DNA of 64,000 nt from Bacteroidia bacterium (GTDB taxonomy: Bacteria; Bacteroidota; Bacteroidia; AKYH767-A; JBBKVM01). Below, in pieces: positions 39,287-48,854 of the stretch (positions within the stretch are counted from its first letter, which is position 1; each line of letters starts with the position of its first letter). The notes beneath the pieces were generated by a model. It was not told the origin of the DNA and ran no database searches. It saw only the letters and a list, made by a program, of their open reading frames with translations. Position numbers and translations under genes: made by a program. The DNA lies in assembly GCA_037968415.1 (NCBI GenBank), contig JBBKVM010000014.1, forward strand, positions 11,954 to 75,953. Direction: 5' to 3'.

Positions 39287-40945
39287 ATGAAACAATCTTA
39301 CTTTCCATTTTGTCTCAAGTTTTGCATTGCCTTGTGGTTCACTCTCATTAGTTCTTTTGCAGCGGTGCAGGCCCAATCGTGGGAGTGGGGCAGGCAAGGG
39401 GGTAGCGCTGACTTTGATTACGGAACATCTATTGCTACTGATGCTTCAGGTAATTTGTTTGTATTGGGCTCATTCCAGGGGTTTTGTTCGTTTGGTGCTA
39501 CCAATATTTTTAGCAGGGGTTTTGATGATATTCTCATAGCCAAGTACAACAGTGTGGGTGCACTGTTGTGGTTAAAAACAATTGGTAGCAGTGGCTTTGA
39601 TTCGGGCAACGGCATCGTAGTGGACCCTGCAGGATCAGTTTACATTACCGGATCAGTTAGCGACTCCGCTTATTTTGATACGCAAATTGTAACGACTGCC
39701 AGCGCAAGCGATGATATTTTTTTGGCTAAGTACGATGGCAACGGCAGCCTGATATGGGTGCGTACTGCTGGAGGGCAATTTTCCGATTATGCTTCGGCCA
39801 TTGCCACAGACAATACCGGCAATGTTTTTATCACAGGTGGATTTAGTGATGTGGCCACGTTTGCCACCAATGTCACAGTTACTGCTGCAGGATTTGATGA
39901 TGCTTTCGCGGCTGCTTATAATACAGTGGGGGCGCTCATTTGGGTGCGCCAGGCTGGCGGAACCGAATACGATTTTGGTACGGCTATAAAAACAGACCCT
40001 GCCGGTAATGTGTATGTAAGTGGGGTGTTTGATGGCACCGGTGTGTTTGGGACTTTTACCATCACAACAAGCGGCTTTGATGATATTTTCTTGTTGAAGT
40101 ACGACAATATTGGAACGCTTGCATGGGCCAAGCGCGCGGGTGGCGCGAATTACGACAGCCCCAATGCCATGGCAGTTGACAATACAGGCAGTATTTATCT
40201 GACAGGTAGTTTTATTGGCACTGCATTTTTTGATTCACAACCCATAAGCAGCGCTGGCAATGACGATATGTTTGTAGTGAAGTATAATGCCAACGGAAAC
40301 ATTGTGTGGATGCAAAGTGGTGGTGGAGGCGATTTTGATGGCGGTTATGGAATTGCATTTGACAACAACGGAAAATTATATGTGTGCGGTGGGTTTTCGG
40401 GCACCGCTACTTTTAATGCCAATAGCGTAACGAGTGTGTCGGGGTTGTTAGAGGATATTTTTATTGCGCGATATGATTTGACGGGCAATATAGATTGGGT
40501 GAAGCGTGCGGGTGGCGCTAATTCTGACTTGGCATATGGCATGGTGTGCGATGCGGCTGGCAATGCGTATGTCACAGGAAATTTTTATAACAATATAAAT
40601 TTCGGAAACCCACTGGTGTCAAATGGCTCTTCCGATTTTTTTCTGGCAAAGTTTAATCCACTGCTCGTTGGCATTGCCGACATGGGGGCATTAGGGGTAA
40701 GCTTTAGAATATATCCCAATCCAATTGTTGCAGGTGGTGTGCTTGCCATCGAACATGCAGTTGGCGAAATCAATCAGCTTCAACTTGTGGACGCATTAGG
40801 TAGGATAGTCACGCAGGTGAAGCTAAATTCGGGACTGACTTTATCTTACATGAGTTTGAATGAAACGATGCCTGGCATTTATTTTGTGCGAGTGATTTCG
40901 ACTGACGGCTCGACAGTCAATTCAGGCAAAGTGGTGGTGAGATAG
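39287..40945 (+). CDS. SBBP beta-propeller repeat protein with T9SS C-terminal sorting domain
   Basis: Repeated units (…ATDxxGNxYVTGxFxGxxxFG…DDIFLAKY…) and a terminal RIYPNPIVAGG…GIYFVRV CTD. Confidence 0.75.
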   Translation: MKQSYFPFCLKFCIALWFTLISSFAAVQAQSWEWGRQGGSADFDYGTSIATDASGNLFVLGSFQGFCSFGATNIFSRGFDDILIAKYNSVGALLWLKTIGSSGFDSGNGIVVDPAGSVYITGSVSDSAYFDTQIVTTASASDDIFLAKYDGNGSLIWVRTAGGQFSDYASAIATDNTGNVFITGGFSDVATFATNVTVTAAGFDDAFAAAYNTVGALIWVRQAGGTEYDFGTAIKTDPAGNVYVSGVFDGTGVFGTFTITTSGFDDIFLLKYDNIGTLAWAKRAGGANYDSPNAMAVDNTGSIYLTGSFIGTAFFDSQPISSAGNDDMFVVKYNANGNIVWMQSGGGGDFDGGYGIAFDNNGKLYVCGGFSGTATFNANSVTSVSGLLEDIFIARYDLTGNIDWVKRAGGANSDLAYGMVCDAAGNAYVTGNFYNNINFGNPLVSNGSSDFFLAKFNPLLVGIADMGALGVSFRIYPNPIVAGGVLAIEHAVGEINQLQLVDALGRIVTQVKLNSGLTLSYMSLNETMPGIYFVRVISTDGSTVNSGKVVVR

Positions 40946-41051
40946 AAAAACGCCTGCAGTCTAGGTGTGCTTCGGATAGTGGAAAGGAATCTAGGATTGG
41001 ATTGCGTTGAGCACACGCGAAAATAGTCCTGCAGGCGAATGATTTTTCACT

Positions 41052-42110
41052 TCATTTAATTATTATTTTTTGAGTTATCAATTCATTGATTCCGGATACA
41101 CTTACCAGGTATGCACCTGCGCGCAAGCCATCTATTTCTATTTCTAACACATCCCATTCCTGTGATTCGACAAGCTGATGTTTTGCCAACACACCATCCA
41201 ACTTCACTATGTCAATTTGATACGGACCTTCGCGCAGACCAGTAACATGCAATTTGCCACCAAGCAATATTGTTGGATAAATAGTAATGGCAGATACATA
41301 TTCATGGCATGCTACAACTACTTTGCTCAGTGTGGATTTGCCATCGAAATCTGTTTGCATTAGTTGGTAGTAATTATTTCCTGCCACCGGCTGAGCATCA
41401 GCAACTACGTATTTTATTTGATGGTTGCTATTGCCCGCGCCCATCACACGAATTAATGCATCATAGTTTTTGCCATCTGCAGATTTTAAAATTGTGAAAT
41501 AGTGATTGTTTGTCTCAGTGGCGGTGGCCCAGCGCAATTCGATTCCTTCGCGTTTATCAATAGCTTCAAAGTATAGCAGGTTGATGGGCAAGGGTACAGG
41601 TTGCCTTACACACGCGGTAATGTCGTTGTCTTTTATCTGCCAAAACCTATTTGTTGCCGTGGTTTTTAGAATAATCTGAATTACCAGATTGCCACCCGCA
41701 GGCACATAAATGCTGTCAGAAAGAGTATACACTCTTGTTGAAACTGTATCGCCCCTAATTGTGTTGTTGAATACAAGTACCCCGTTGATGTAATATCGAA
41801 TCCACGCAAAATCGCTAGATGTCAGATTACCACTTTGGTTGATGCGTATTTCCGTGGTAATTAAAGTGGATTCACCGCCTACAGTTCCTCCTACATTTAT
41901 TTGTGGCGAAGTAAATATGCAGGAATCATTCTTGACGGTCCATTGGGCCGGATTGATTGTTGGAATGGCAATGGTGCCGCACGATACAATATAAGTTGAA
42001 GGGACTTTCCAATCAAGTTTATAGCTATTGTTGGCACATTGGCTGCTTGCTTGAAATGTTCCAAACAATAAAAGCGTAAAAGTGAAGAGTCTGTGCAACT
42101 TTGATTTCAT
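41052..42110 (-). CDS. T9SS-secreted hypothetical protein with internal LLYFEA/FN3-like module
   Basis: Signal peptide. Module LPINLLYFEAIDKREGIELRWATATETNNHYFTI…QTDFDGKS. C-terminal type-A CTD-like beta domain. Confidence 0.65.
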   Translation of the reverse strand: MKSKLHRLFTFTLLLFGTFQASSQCANNSYKLDWKVPSTYIVSCGTIAIPTINPAQWTVKNDSCIFTSPQINVGGTVGGESTLITTEIRINQSGNLTSSDFAWIRYYINGVLVFNNTIRGDTVSTRVYTLSDSIYVPAGGNLVIQIILKTTATNRFWQIKDNDITACVRQPVPLPINLLYFEAIDKREGIELRWATATETNNHYFTILKSADGKNYDALIRVMGAGNSNHQIKYVVADAQPVAGNNYYQLMQTDFDGKSTLSKVVVACHEYVSAITIYPTILLGGKLHVTGLREGPYQIDIVKLDGVLAKHQLVESQEWDVLEIEIDGLRAGAYLVSVSGINELITQKIIIK

Positions 42111-42287
42111 GACGCCATGTTTTTAACATTCGTTTACTCATCGTTACTGACTTTTCTGATTGCTTTAATAATTTACTGCCGCTTTGCCGTTCATGCAAAT
42201 CAAATTGACCAACACAACAGATGCATTGGCTAATTTCTATAAAGGTTGGGTAAAAGTTTTGAAAATTGGTTAGACGGAAATATTTTC

Positions 42288-42869
42288 CTATCGCTTAAAA
42301 AATTTGAATTGGGTTGTTCCACCAAGCGCATAGCGCAAGGCAAATGCTATTTCTACATGCTCGGGACCCGGATTTACAAGGTCGAAAAATGGAGCGGCTT
42401 CAATGCTTATGGTGAGCGGTGCAACGCTTAGTGGATATTCTAGCCCTACCAGCGCATCCACACCTATACTGATGCCGCTGCCATAATAGGCATCCTTTTC
42501 TCCATTTTTTACTCTGTAATATCCTTCTTTGTAAAAAGCACCGTGTAAACCCGCTCCCACGAAATAGTCAAGAGGTATTTGAAGAATCTTATTAAAAAAT
42601 GGACGTTGATGAACGTAAAAGAATGTGGTCATTAAGGTGCCGAAATTTTTCTTTACGGTTACATTGGCTTCAATAGCGTTGCTGTTTGTGTTTCCGAAAA
42701 AATATTTTCCGCTCAACCCGGAAGAAAATTTTCCGCCCTTTATTCCCAGGCTCATCACATAGCCTCTATCTGCTTGTGCACTCGCTTCATATGTGCCTAC
42801 CATTAACAAAGCAGCAAAGAAAACTGCGGTGAAAATTATTTTGTATTTATTGAAAGAAGAGAAATGCAT
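42288..42869 (-). CDS. Small outer-membrane beta-barrel protein (OmpA-N/OmpW-like)
   Basis: Signal peptide and amphipathic beta strands. Confidence 0.6.
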   Translation of the reverse strand: MHFSSFNKYKIIFTAVFFAALLMVGTYEASAQADRGYVMSLGIKGGKFSSGLSGKYFFGNTNSNAIEANVTVKKNFGTLMTTFFYVHQRPFFNKILQIPLDYFVGAGLHGAFYKEGYYRVKNGEKDAYYGSGISIGVDALVGLEYPLSVAPLTISIEAAPFFDLVNPGPEHVEIAFALRYALGGTTQFKFFKR

Positions 42870-42927
42870 TCGGATTATTTCAACATGTGAATTACGAAAT
42901 TATAACAATAGTGCCGTTATGCCAATA

Positions 42928-44727
42928 TTATTTGACTAAAACTTTTTGATTTTTACTCCCATTCTCTGTATGGGCGGTAAATACGTATAGTCCTTTTGCC
43001 AATGACACATCGGGTTCTATAATCATTTGTACCACTCCCGAACCACCTGTTTCGATGTGCTGAGAATAAATTAATCGGCCAGTCAAATCCTTAATGGTCA
43101 AGTCAATTCCTGCTTCCCGCCCTGAATTGGCGACCATTGTAAAATGGCTGCCGTCAGATGGGTTGGGAACAATCATGAATATGTCTTTGTTCGATATATT
43201 TTTAACTGGTGCAATGTTGCTTAATGAGGTTTTTCCATCAAAATCGGTTTGGCGCAATCTGTAATATGACATGCCGGGCAGTGGGTTTTCATCTAAAGTT
43301 TCGTAGCTCAAAGTATGTTGACTATTGCCTGCCCCAGCCATTGATTGAATAGGCTCAAAATTATGACCATCGTGAGATCGCTCAATCGTATAAAAATTAT
43401 TATTGGTTTCTGAAGCAGTGGCCCAGTTAAGTTTTACTTGCCCATTGCTCAATTGGGCATCAAAGTATAGTAGCTCAATTGGTAGAGGGAACAAAGGTAA
43501 GCAGTTAACAGAAGCACCCGGTCCTTTGGGGTCTGCTGGTACGAATATGCAGTTCAAATACATGCGTCTGCCGTTTATTTTATCTGCCTGTGGGCCGCCA
43601 CCATAATCGTGTCCTCCAAGGTAGAATGCATTTCCTCCTGCAATATTATTTGGTAATCTTTTCACACCACTGGCCACATCATGCACTCCATCACCCGATC
43701 CCACTACACGATAGTATATCGGATGATAACTACTACCTGCACTCAAAGCCCAATTGCGCAAACTACCACCTATTGTACTTAATGTTCCATGAAACTGAGC
43801 GTAAGGCATATCATAATTATAGTAATTGTAAGTGATGTTGGCGTTGATACGATCAATACCTCCGGTGGTCATAAGCATGTCATCATCTTCATAGGTCTCA
43901 ACACCTTCGCATTGGGCAAGAAAATTTGATCCATTCAGCAAAAAACGATTTATGGCATATGTATGCAATGTATCAGGCCCGGCATCCCAATGAGGTTCGC
44001 TGGCAAATGTGTAGCAACCGCCCCAGTCAATTACTTCAACCGCTGGAATCACCGTAACCCATGGTCCATAGTGTGTGGTGGTTTGCGTGACTTCTGGAGT
44101 GATGGTAGTATCAGTGCCTGAAATCACAGTATCCGCTGGAGTGATTATCGCGGTGGTCGTCCAAATTGAATCAATGAAGCCTGCTTCTTGCAAATAGCTT
44201 ATATGAATGTTTTGGTTGCCTCCATTGCTGAGAACGGCAATATTGGGTTTGAAAATAAGTCGATATCGGATGTCTACACTCAGCCATTGTGTAACTCGGT
44301 ACACAGCCACATCATTGGCATATGGGCCAATCACTGCGCGCGCCAGGTTAGCGTGGGCACTGTCAACAATAAATGGCCCTGAGCGGAAATTGAGGGTGGT
44401 GATTGATTGAATAGTGGGATATTCACGTTGAACCGTAGCAGTGAAATCAATGCCGTTGTATAATTTACCTGAGCGTATGGCCCATTTTACCGGTATCCCC
44501 GCTTGTAATAGCTTGTTAACCAAACCATAAGACTTTAAATTGAATCTGCCCGGTACTGCCTGCGTGCTGTTATCCATGCCTATCACCAGTGAACCGGTAG
44601 GTATGTACTGCATACTCTGCCAAGGTCCGGCAAGGTCGTTTTGGGCCTTTAATGTGCTACTTGCCACTACTATGAGGCAAATAAGGATAAATGTTGTTAC
44701 TTTTTTAATTTGAATGGCGACCATCAT
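42928..44727 (-). CDS. T9SS-secreted hypothetical protein (599 aa) with the same LLYFDA/FN3-like module plus a type-A CTD
   Basis: Module LPIELLYFDAQLSNGQVKLNWATASETNNNFYTIERSHDG…QTDFDGKTS, paralogous to the module in the 41052 gene. Terminal IVPNPSDG…GLYVF…VLVK CTD. Confidence 0.7.
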   Translation of the reverse strand: MMVAIQIKKVTTFILICLIVVASSTLKAQNDLAGPWQSMQYIPTGSLVIGMDNSTQAVPGRFNLKSYGLVNKLLQAGIPVKWAIRSGKLYNGIDFTATVQREYPTIQSITTLNFRSGPFIVDSAHANLARAVIGPYANDVAVYRVTQWLSVDIRYRLIFKPNIAVLSNGGNQNIHISYLQEAGFIDSIWTTTAIITPADTVISGTDTTITPEVTQTTTHYGPWVTVIPAVEVIDWGGCYTFASEPHWDAGPDTLHTYAINRFLLNGSNFLAQCEGVETYEDDDMLMTTGGIDRINANITYNYYNYDMPYAQFHGTLSTIGGSLRNWALSAGSSYHPIYYRVVGSGDGVHDVASGVKRLPNNIAGGNAFYLGGHDYGGGPQADKINGRRMYLNCIFVPADPKGPGASVNCLPLFPLPIELLYFDAQLSNGQVKLNWATASETNNNFYTIERSHDGHNFEPIQSMAGAGNSQHTLSYETLDENPLPGMSYYRLRQTDFDGKTSLSNIAPVKNISNKDIFMIVPNPSDGSHFTMVANSGREAGIDLTIKDLTGRLIYSQHIETGGSGVVQMIIEPDVSLAKGLYVFTAHTENGSKNQKVLVK

Positions 44728-44993
44728 TAGCGATTAATACTGTGTGCTATTGCGTGAGTCGTACCTCGGAGATGGGGGATAATTAATCTCCGGCCTGTTT
44801 CACTATCTTGTTTTTTAGATGATTTCTGGCTAATCATCTATGCAATGTTAAAGCAAGATTAAAGAGGAACTCAAGCTTATTTGGCGAACGACCGCTTACC
44901 TTTGGTGAATGTTTTTGAGAATTTGGTTAACGCCAAATGAAAAATCAGAAAAAGGGCACTTTTGTGCATTTTTGTCACAATGGCAGTATGTGC

Positions 44994-45893
44994 CTATTTG
45001 GCTCTTGGGTGGTAACGAAGTATAGCATCGCGCAGAAACTCGCGATCGAGATGGGTATATATCTCAGTTGTGGTGATCGACTCGTGCCCCAGCATTTCCT
45101 GCACCGCGCGTAAGTCAGCTCCGCCTTCTATCAAGTGTGTGGCAAATGAATGTCGGAATGTGTGGGGGCTAATTTTCTTTTTCAGGCCGATTTTATTTGC
45201 AAGATCTTTTATAATTATAAATACCATAACCCGGCTCAACGCACCCCCCAATCTGTTTAAGAACAAAATATCAACGCTCGCATCTTTGATTTTTTGCAAA
45301 AGGCGCACTTCGTTTTTGTAGATGCCAATATATTTCAGGGCCACACTACCAATGGGAACCAAGCGCTCTTTGTCGCCTTTGCCCATCACTTTTACAAATC
45401 CAATGTCACCATATATGTTGGATATTTTGAGTGAAACCAATTCTGAAACGCGCAAGCCACAGCTATAAAGTGTTTCAATAATAGCTTTGTTTCTCACTCC
45501 ATCAGGTGTGCTTTGGTCAATGGCATCTACCAGCGCATCTATTTCTGCAATCGACAATGTATCGGGAAGTTTTCGGCCCAGTCTTGGGGTTTCCAACAGT
45601 TCTGTAGGGTCGTTTTTTATTAAGTTTTCGAGCAGCATGTATTTGTAAAACGATCGGATGCCCGATATGATGCGCGATTGAGAGCGGCCATTTATCCCCT
45701 CCTTATGCAAACTTTCCAAAAATCCTTGAAGCTCTTTGAGTGTAATCGCTTCTGGTTTTGTAGGTATTTCGGCCTGCTTTAAGTAATCTTGAAACTTACG
45801 GATATCGTGCTCATACGACTGGATTGAGTTCTTCGCAAGCGATCGCTCGAGCTTCAAATAGCTGATGAATCCTTTGATATAACTATCCCACAT
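44994..45893 (-). CDS. xerD: Tyrosine recombinase XerD (chromosome dimer resolution)
   Basis: Catalytic R…HxxR…Y signature (HTFRHSFATHL…EIYTH). Paired with aroQ, not with phage genes. Confidence 0.9.
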   Translation of the reverse strand: MWDSYIKGFISYLKLERSLAKNSIQSYEHDIRKFQDYLKQAEIPTKPEAITLKELQGFLESLHKEGINGRSQSRIISGIRSFYKYMLLENLIKNDPTELLETPRLGRKLPDTLSIAEIDALVDAIDQSTPDGVRNKAIIETLYSCGLRVSELVSLKISNIYGDIGFVKVMGKGDKERLVPIGSVALKYIGIYKNEVRLLQKIKDASVDILFLNRLGGALSRVMVFIIIKDLANKIGLKKKISPHTFRHSFATHLIEGGADLRAVQEMLGHESITTTEIYTHLDREFLRDAILRYHPRAK

Positions 45894-45960
45894 GGTTGCT
45901 CACTTCAAATTGATTGTTACAATGTTAGTAATTTGTGGGTCATTCGAATTGAATTGCCAG

Positions 45961-46401
45961 ATGAAACCACAAATTATAATTATTAACGGTCCAAACCTCA
46001 ATTTGGTGGGCACGCGAGAACCACACTTGTATGGGGTAGATGCGTTCGAAGATTTTATTCCCCGATTGAGACAAGCATATCCCCAATTTGAACTTGAGTA
46101 CTATCAATCAAATGTGGAAGGAGAGCTGATTAACAAATTACAAGGAGTGGGATTTAAATATGCGCTGATCTTGCTCAATGCTGGCGGCTACACACACACT
46201 TCGGTAGCAATTGGCGATGCGGTGGCGGCAATCAGTACTCCGGTTTATGAGGTGCACATTTCCAATGTATTTGCACGCGAATCCTACCGCCACCATTCAT
46301 TTATCACGCCCCACGCGCTGGGCCTTGTGTGTGGGTTTGGGTTGCAATCCTACGCGTTGGCCCTTGAGCATTTTTTGCAATTAGATTTATCAACCAAATA
46401 G
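45961..46401 (+). CDS. aroQ: Type II 3-dehydroquinate dehydratase
   Basis: IIIINGPNLNLLG, AGGYTHTSVA and HISNVFARE motifs. Start chosen at MKPQIII. Confidence 0.92.
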   Translation: MKPQIIIINGPNLNLVGTREPHLYGVDAFEDFIPRLRQAYPQFELEYYQSNVEGELINKLQGVGFKYALILLNAGGYTHTSVAIGDAVAAISTPVYEVHISNVFARESYRHHSFITPHALGLVCGFGLQSYALALEHFLQLDLSTK

Positions 46402-47655
46402 TAGTTTGAAGTAAAAGAGTGGGTTGGTTAAGCGCGAACGCAACTCGATGTCATCAAACATACACATCAAAGTTTCTTCCAGTACTTTATTTTTTTCGGC
46501 TTTGTTGGCGATTATATTAAAGAGCCAAGGAACCTCCACCATCTTCTGCAGGGTACTACTAAGCTTTAGTTCACTCCACAATCTTGAATACACCGCTTCA
46601 TCATACTGCTTTAATAGGGCCGATGAATAATCCTTTTCTGAAACACATTTCACTGCCATTTCACCAGCCTTTACACCCGATATCATTGCGTTGCTAATGC
46701 CTTCTCCCGTAAAGGGATCGATAAGCGAACCTGCATCTCCCACCAGCATATAGCCCGCTCCTGAAAGAGGCCTGCGCCTGTTGCCCAGCGGCAATCCCCA
46801 CCCTTGCACTGGTGATAACAATTGAGCGTGTTCAAACCTAGGCCGTATTTCTTTATGGTGTTCAATAAGATTTGCAAACAGGGATTTTAAATTCACTTTG
46901 TTCTTACTCACCTTACTGCTCAACATGCCCAAACCGACATTGGCCATTCCTCCTGCCATAGGAAATATCCAGAAGTAGCCGGGCAATGCTTCTTTTAAAA
47001 AATGAAGTTCGATAAAATTATTTTGGTGCATGCCACTCACATTTTTGTAGTAGGCGCGCAAGCCTGCGCAGTAACTCTCAGGATTTTTTTTGAAACCACC
47101 CAAATCGCGCGCTACGGCCGAGCGTTCGCCCTCTGCGCCTATCACCAGCCTCGTGCGGATGTAAATCACCTCATTGTTTGAGACACATTCCAGAATTATG
47201 TAGCTAGCCTCACGCGTCACTTTCTTAATGGTGACACCGCATAAACGTTTTGCGAAAGCTGATTCTGTTTTTTGGTATAGGTAATTATCAAAGGCCAGGC
47301 GCGGGCTCACATAACCCGGTGGATTCGATTGTTCGTTGTTCTGCTTAAAAGGGATCTCTAATGACTTTCCGTTGGGTGCCACAAATTTTACACCATAGCT
47401 TCCAAGAAAATTCTCTTTATTACCTAACATCTCATTAGCCGATTCAGCGCGTAACCGCTTCAGCACCGACATCACTTTTCCGCTCAGCGCATCGCCACAC
47501 ACTTTGTCGCGCGGAAACACTGCTTTGTCAATCAACAAGTGACTCACACCATGATCGGAAAGCACCATGCTCGTGGTGCTGCCTCCTGGGCCGGCCCCGA
47601 TTATAACCACCTGCTCGTCATAGGCAAAAGGATGCGCTCCAATTGTTTCGGTCAC
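46390..47655 (-). CDS. Geranylgeranyl reductase-family FAD-dependent oxidoreductase
   Basis: VVIIGAGPGG dinucleotide motif. LVGDAGSLIDPFTGEGI. Confidence 0.85.
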   Translation of the reverse strand: MTETIGAHPFAYDEQVVIIGAGPGGSTTSMVLSDHGVSHLLIDKAVFPRDKVCGDALSGKVMSVLKRLRAESANEMLGNKENFLGSYGVKFVAPNGKSLEIPFKQNNEQSNPPGYVSPRLAFDNYLYQKTESAFAKRLCGVTIKKVTREASYIILECVSNNEVIYIRTRLVIGAEGERSAVARDLGGFKKNPESYCAGLRAYYKNVSGMHQNNFIELHFLKEALPGYFWIFPMAGGMANVGLGMLSSKVSKNKVNLKSLFANLIEHHKEIRPRFEHAQLLSPVQGWGLPLGNRRRPLSGAGYMLVGDAGSLIDPFTGEGISNAMISGVKAGEMAVKCVSEKDYSSALLKQYDEAVYSRLWSELKLSSTLQKMVEVPWLFNIIANKAEKNKVLEETLMCMFDDIELRSRLTNPLFYFKLLFG

Positions 47656-48671
47656 TTTGATATAAAGTCTTGCGGGTTCAATTGATCGAATCGTTTTGTG
47701 CCACGCGCAAAATATTCAAAAACAATATTACGCTGGTATACACCTGCCGGATAATTATTAATTCCCTTTTGCCGATTACGTAGCAGACCTCTTATTTTTC
47801 GGTATAAAGAAAAATGCGCACGCACCACTGCGAACATATGTTTTAATCCTCCTGTAAACAAAAAGCGTAAAGCAGCCACACCATCAAGTACCAAGCGCAC
47901 AAAGAGCACCGCAAATATTTCACTGTCAGGCAGATTTTTAACTAACATCATCAAATTGTTGCGAATGTTCAAATAAGTCTTTCGACTGCTATACTTGTTA
48001 AGTGTGCCTCCTCCTACATGATAAACAGTAGATGTTGGTACGTACATGATTTTATGTCCATCGTTATGCATCCGCCAGCATAAATCAATCTCTTCCATGT
48101 GAGCAAAAAATGATTCATCAAATCCGCCTAGTTTTTTGAACACTTCCGTACGCACCATCATACATGCTCCGGTTGCCCAAAATATTTCCCTCACATCGTT
48201 ATACTGACCGTGATCAGACTCCAGTGTGTCAAACATCCTCCCACGGCAAAATGGATATCCCAGCCTGTCGATAAATCCCCCTGCTGCACCAGCGTATTCA
48301 AACTTGCTCCGTTCATGCCACGACAATATTTTTGGTTGGCATGCAGCCACCAAAGCATCGCTTTTCATCATCTCAACTAATGGTTCAAGCCATCCGGCAG
48401 TCACTTCCACATCCGAATTCAATAATAGCAGGTATTCATCATCTACGTTTGCAAGCGATTTGTTGTAACCACCTGCAAAACCATAATTTTTATCATTTGA
48501 AATCACCTCTACTTGAGGAAAAGTTTTCGAAATACATTCTATCGAAGAGTCGGTAGATGCGTTATCTGCCACTATTACACGTGCGCCCAAAGAATATTCG
48601 AGCACTTTCGGCAAAAAAGTTTCCAACAACTTGACTCCGTTCCAATTGAGAATCACCACTGCTACTGACAT
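47652..48671 (-). CDS. Glycosyltransferase family 2
   Basis: VVILNWNG, ADNASTD, LLLLNSDVEV (DXD) and FDESFFAHMEEIDLCWR motifs. Confidence 0.88.
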   Translation of the reverse strand: MSVAVVILNWNGVKLLETFLPKVLEYSLGARVIVADNASTDSSIECISKTFPQVEVISNDKNYGFAGGYNKSLANVDDEYLLLLNSDVEVTAGWLEPLVEMMKSDALVAACQPKILSWHERSKFEYAGAAGGFIDRLGYPFCRGRMFDTLESDHGQYNDVREIFWATGACMMVRTEVFKKLGGFDESFFAHMEEIDLCWRMHNDGHKIMYVPTSTVYHVGGGTLNKYSSRKTYLNIRNNLMMLVKNLPDSEIFAVLFVRLVLDGVAALRFLFTGGLKHMFAVVRAHFSLYRKIRGLLRNRQKGINNYPAGVYQRNIVFEYFARGTKRFDQLNPQDFISK

Positions 48672-48854
48672 GCTATCGTACGGCTTGTATGAGCGCCAAA
48701 AGTATTAATTCCATATGAGTAATTGGAAGTAGAGAAAATGCCAAAAAAGAATGGGCCGAAAACCGCTAAGGGAAACAAACCATAACCTTATAAGTTTTCA
48801 GCCCAAAAAAATGTGTTACTACTAGCTTAACGATTCAGACCTGATAATATTTTC

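Noticed and set aside
44994-45893. Tyrosine recombinase as a possible integrative element or integrase
   Set aside because: Sequence and length fit chromosomal XerD, and it is paired with aroQ as in many Bacteroidota. There are no adjacent tRNA, direct repeats, excisionase or phage/ICE genes.
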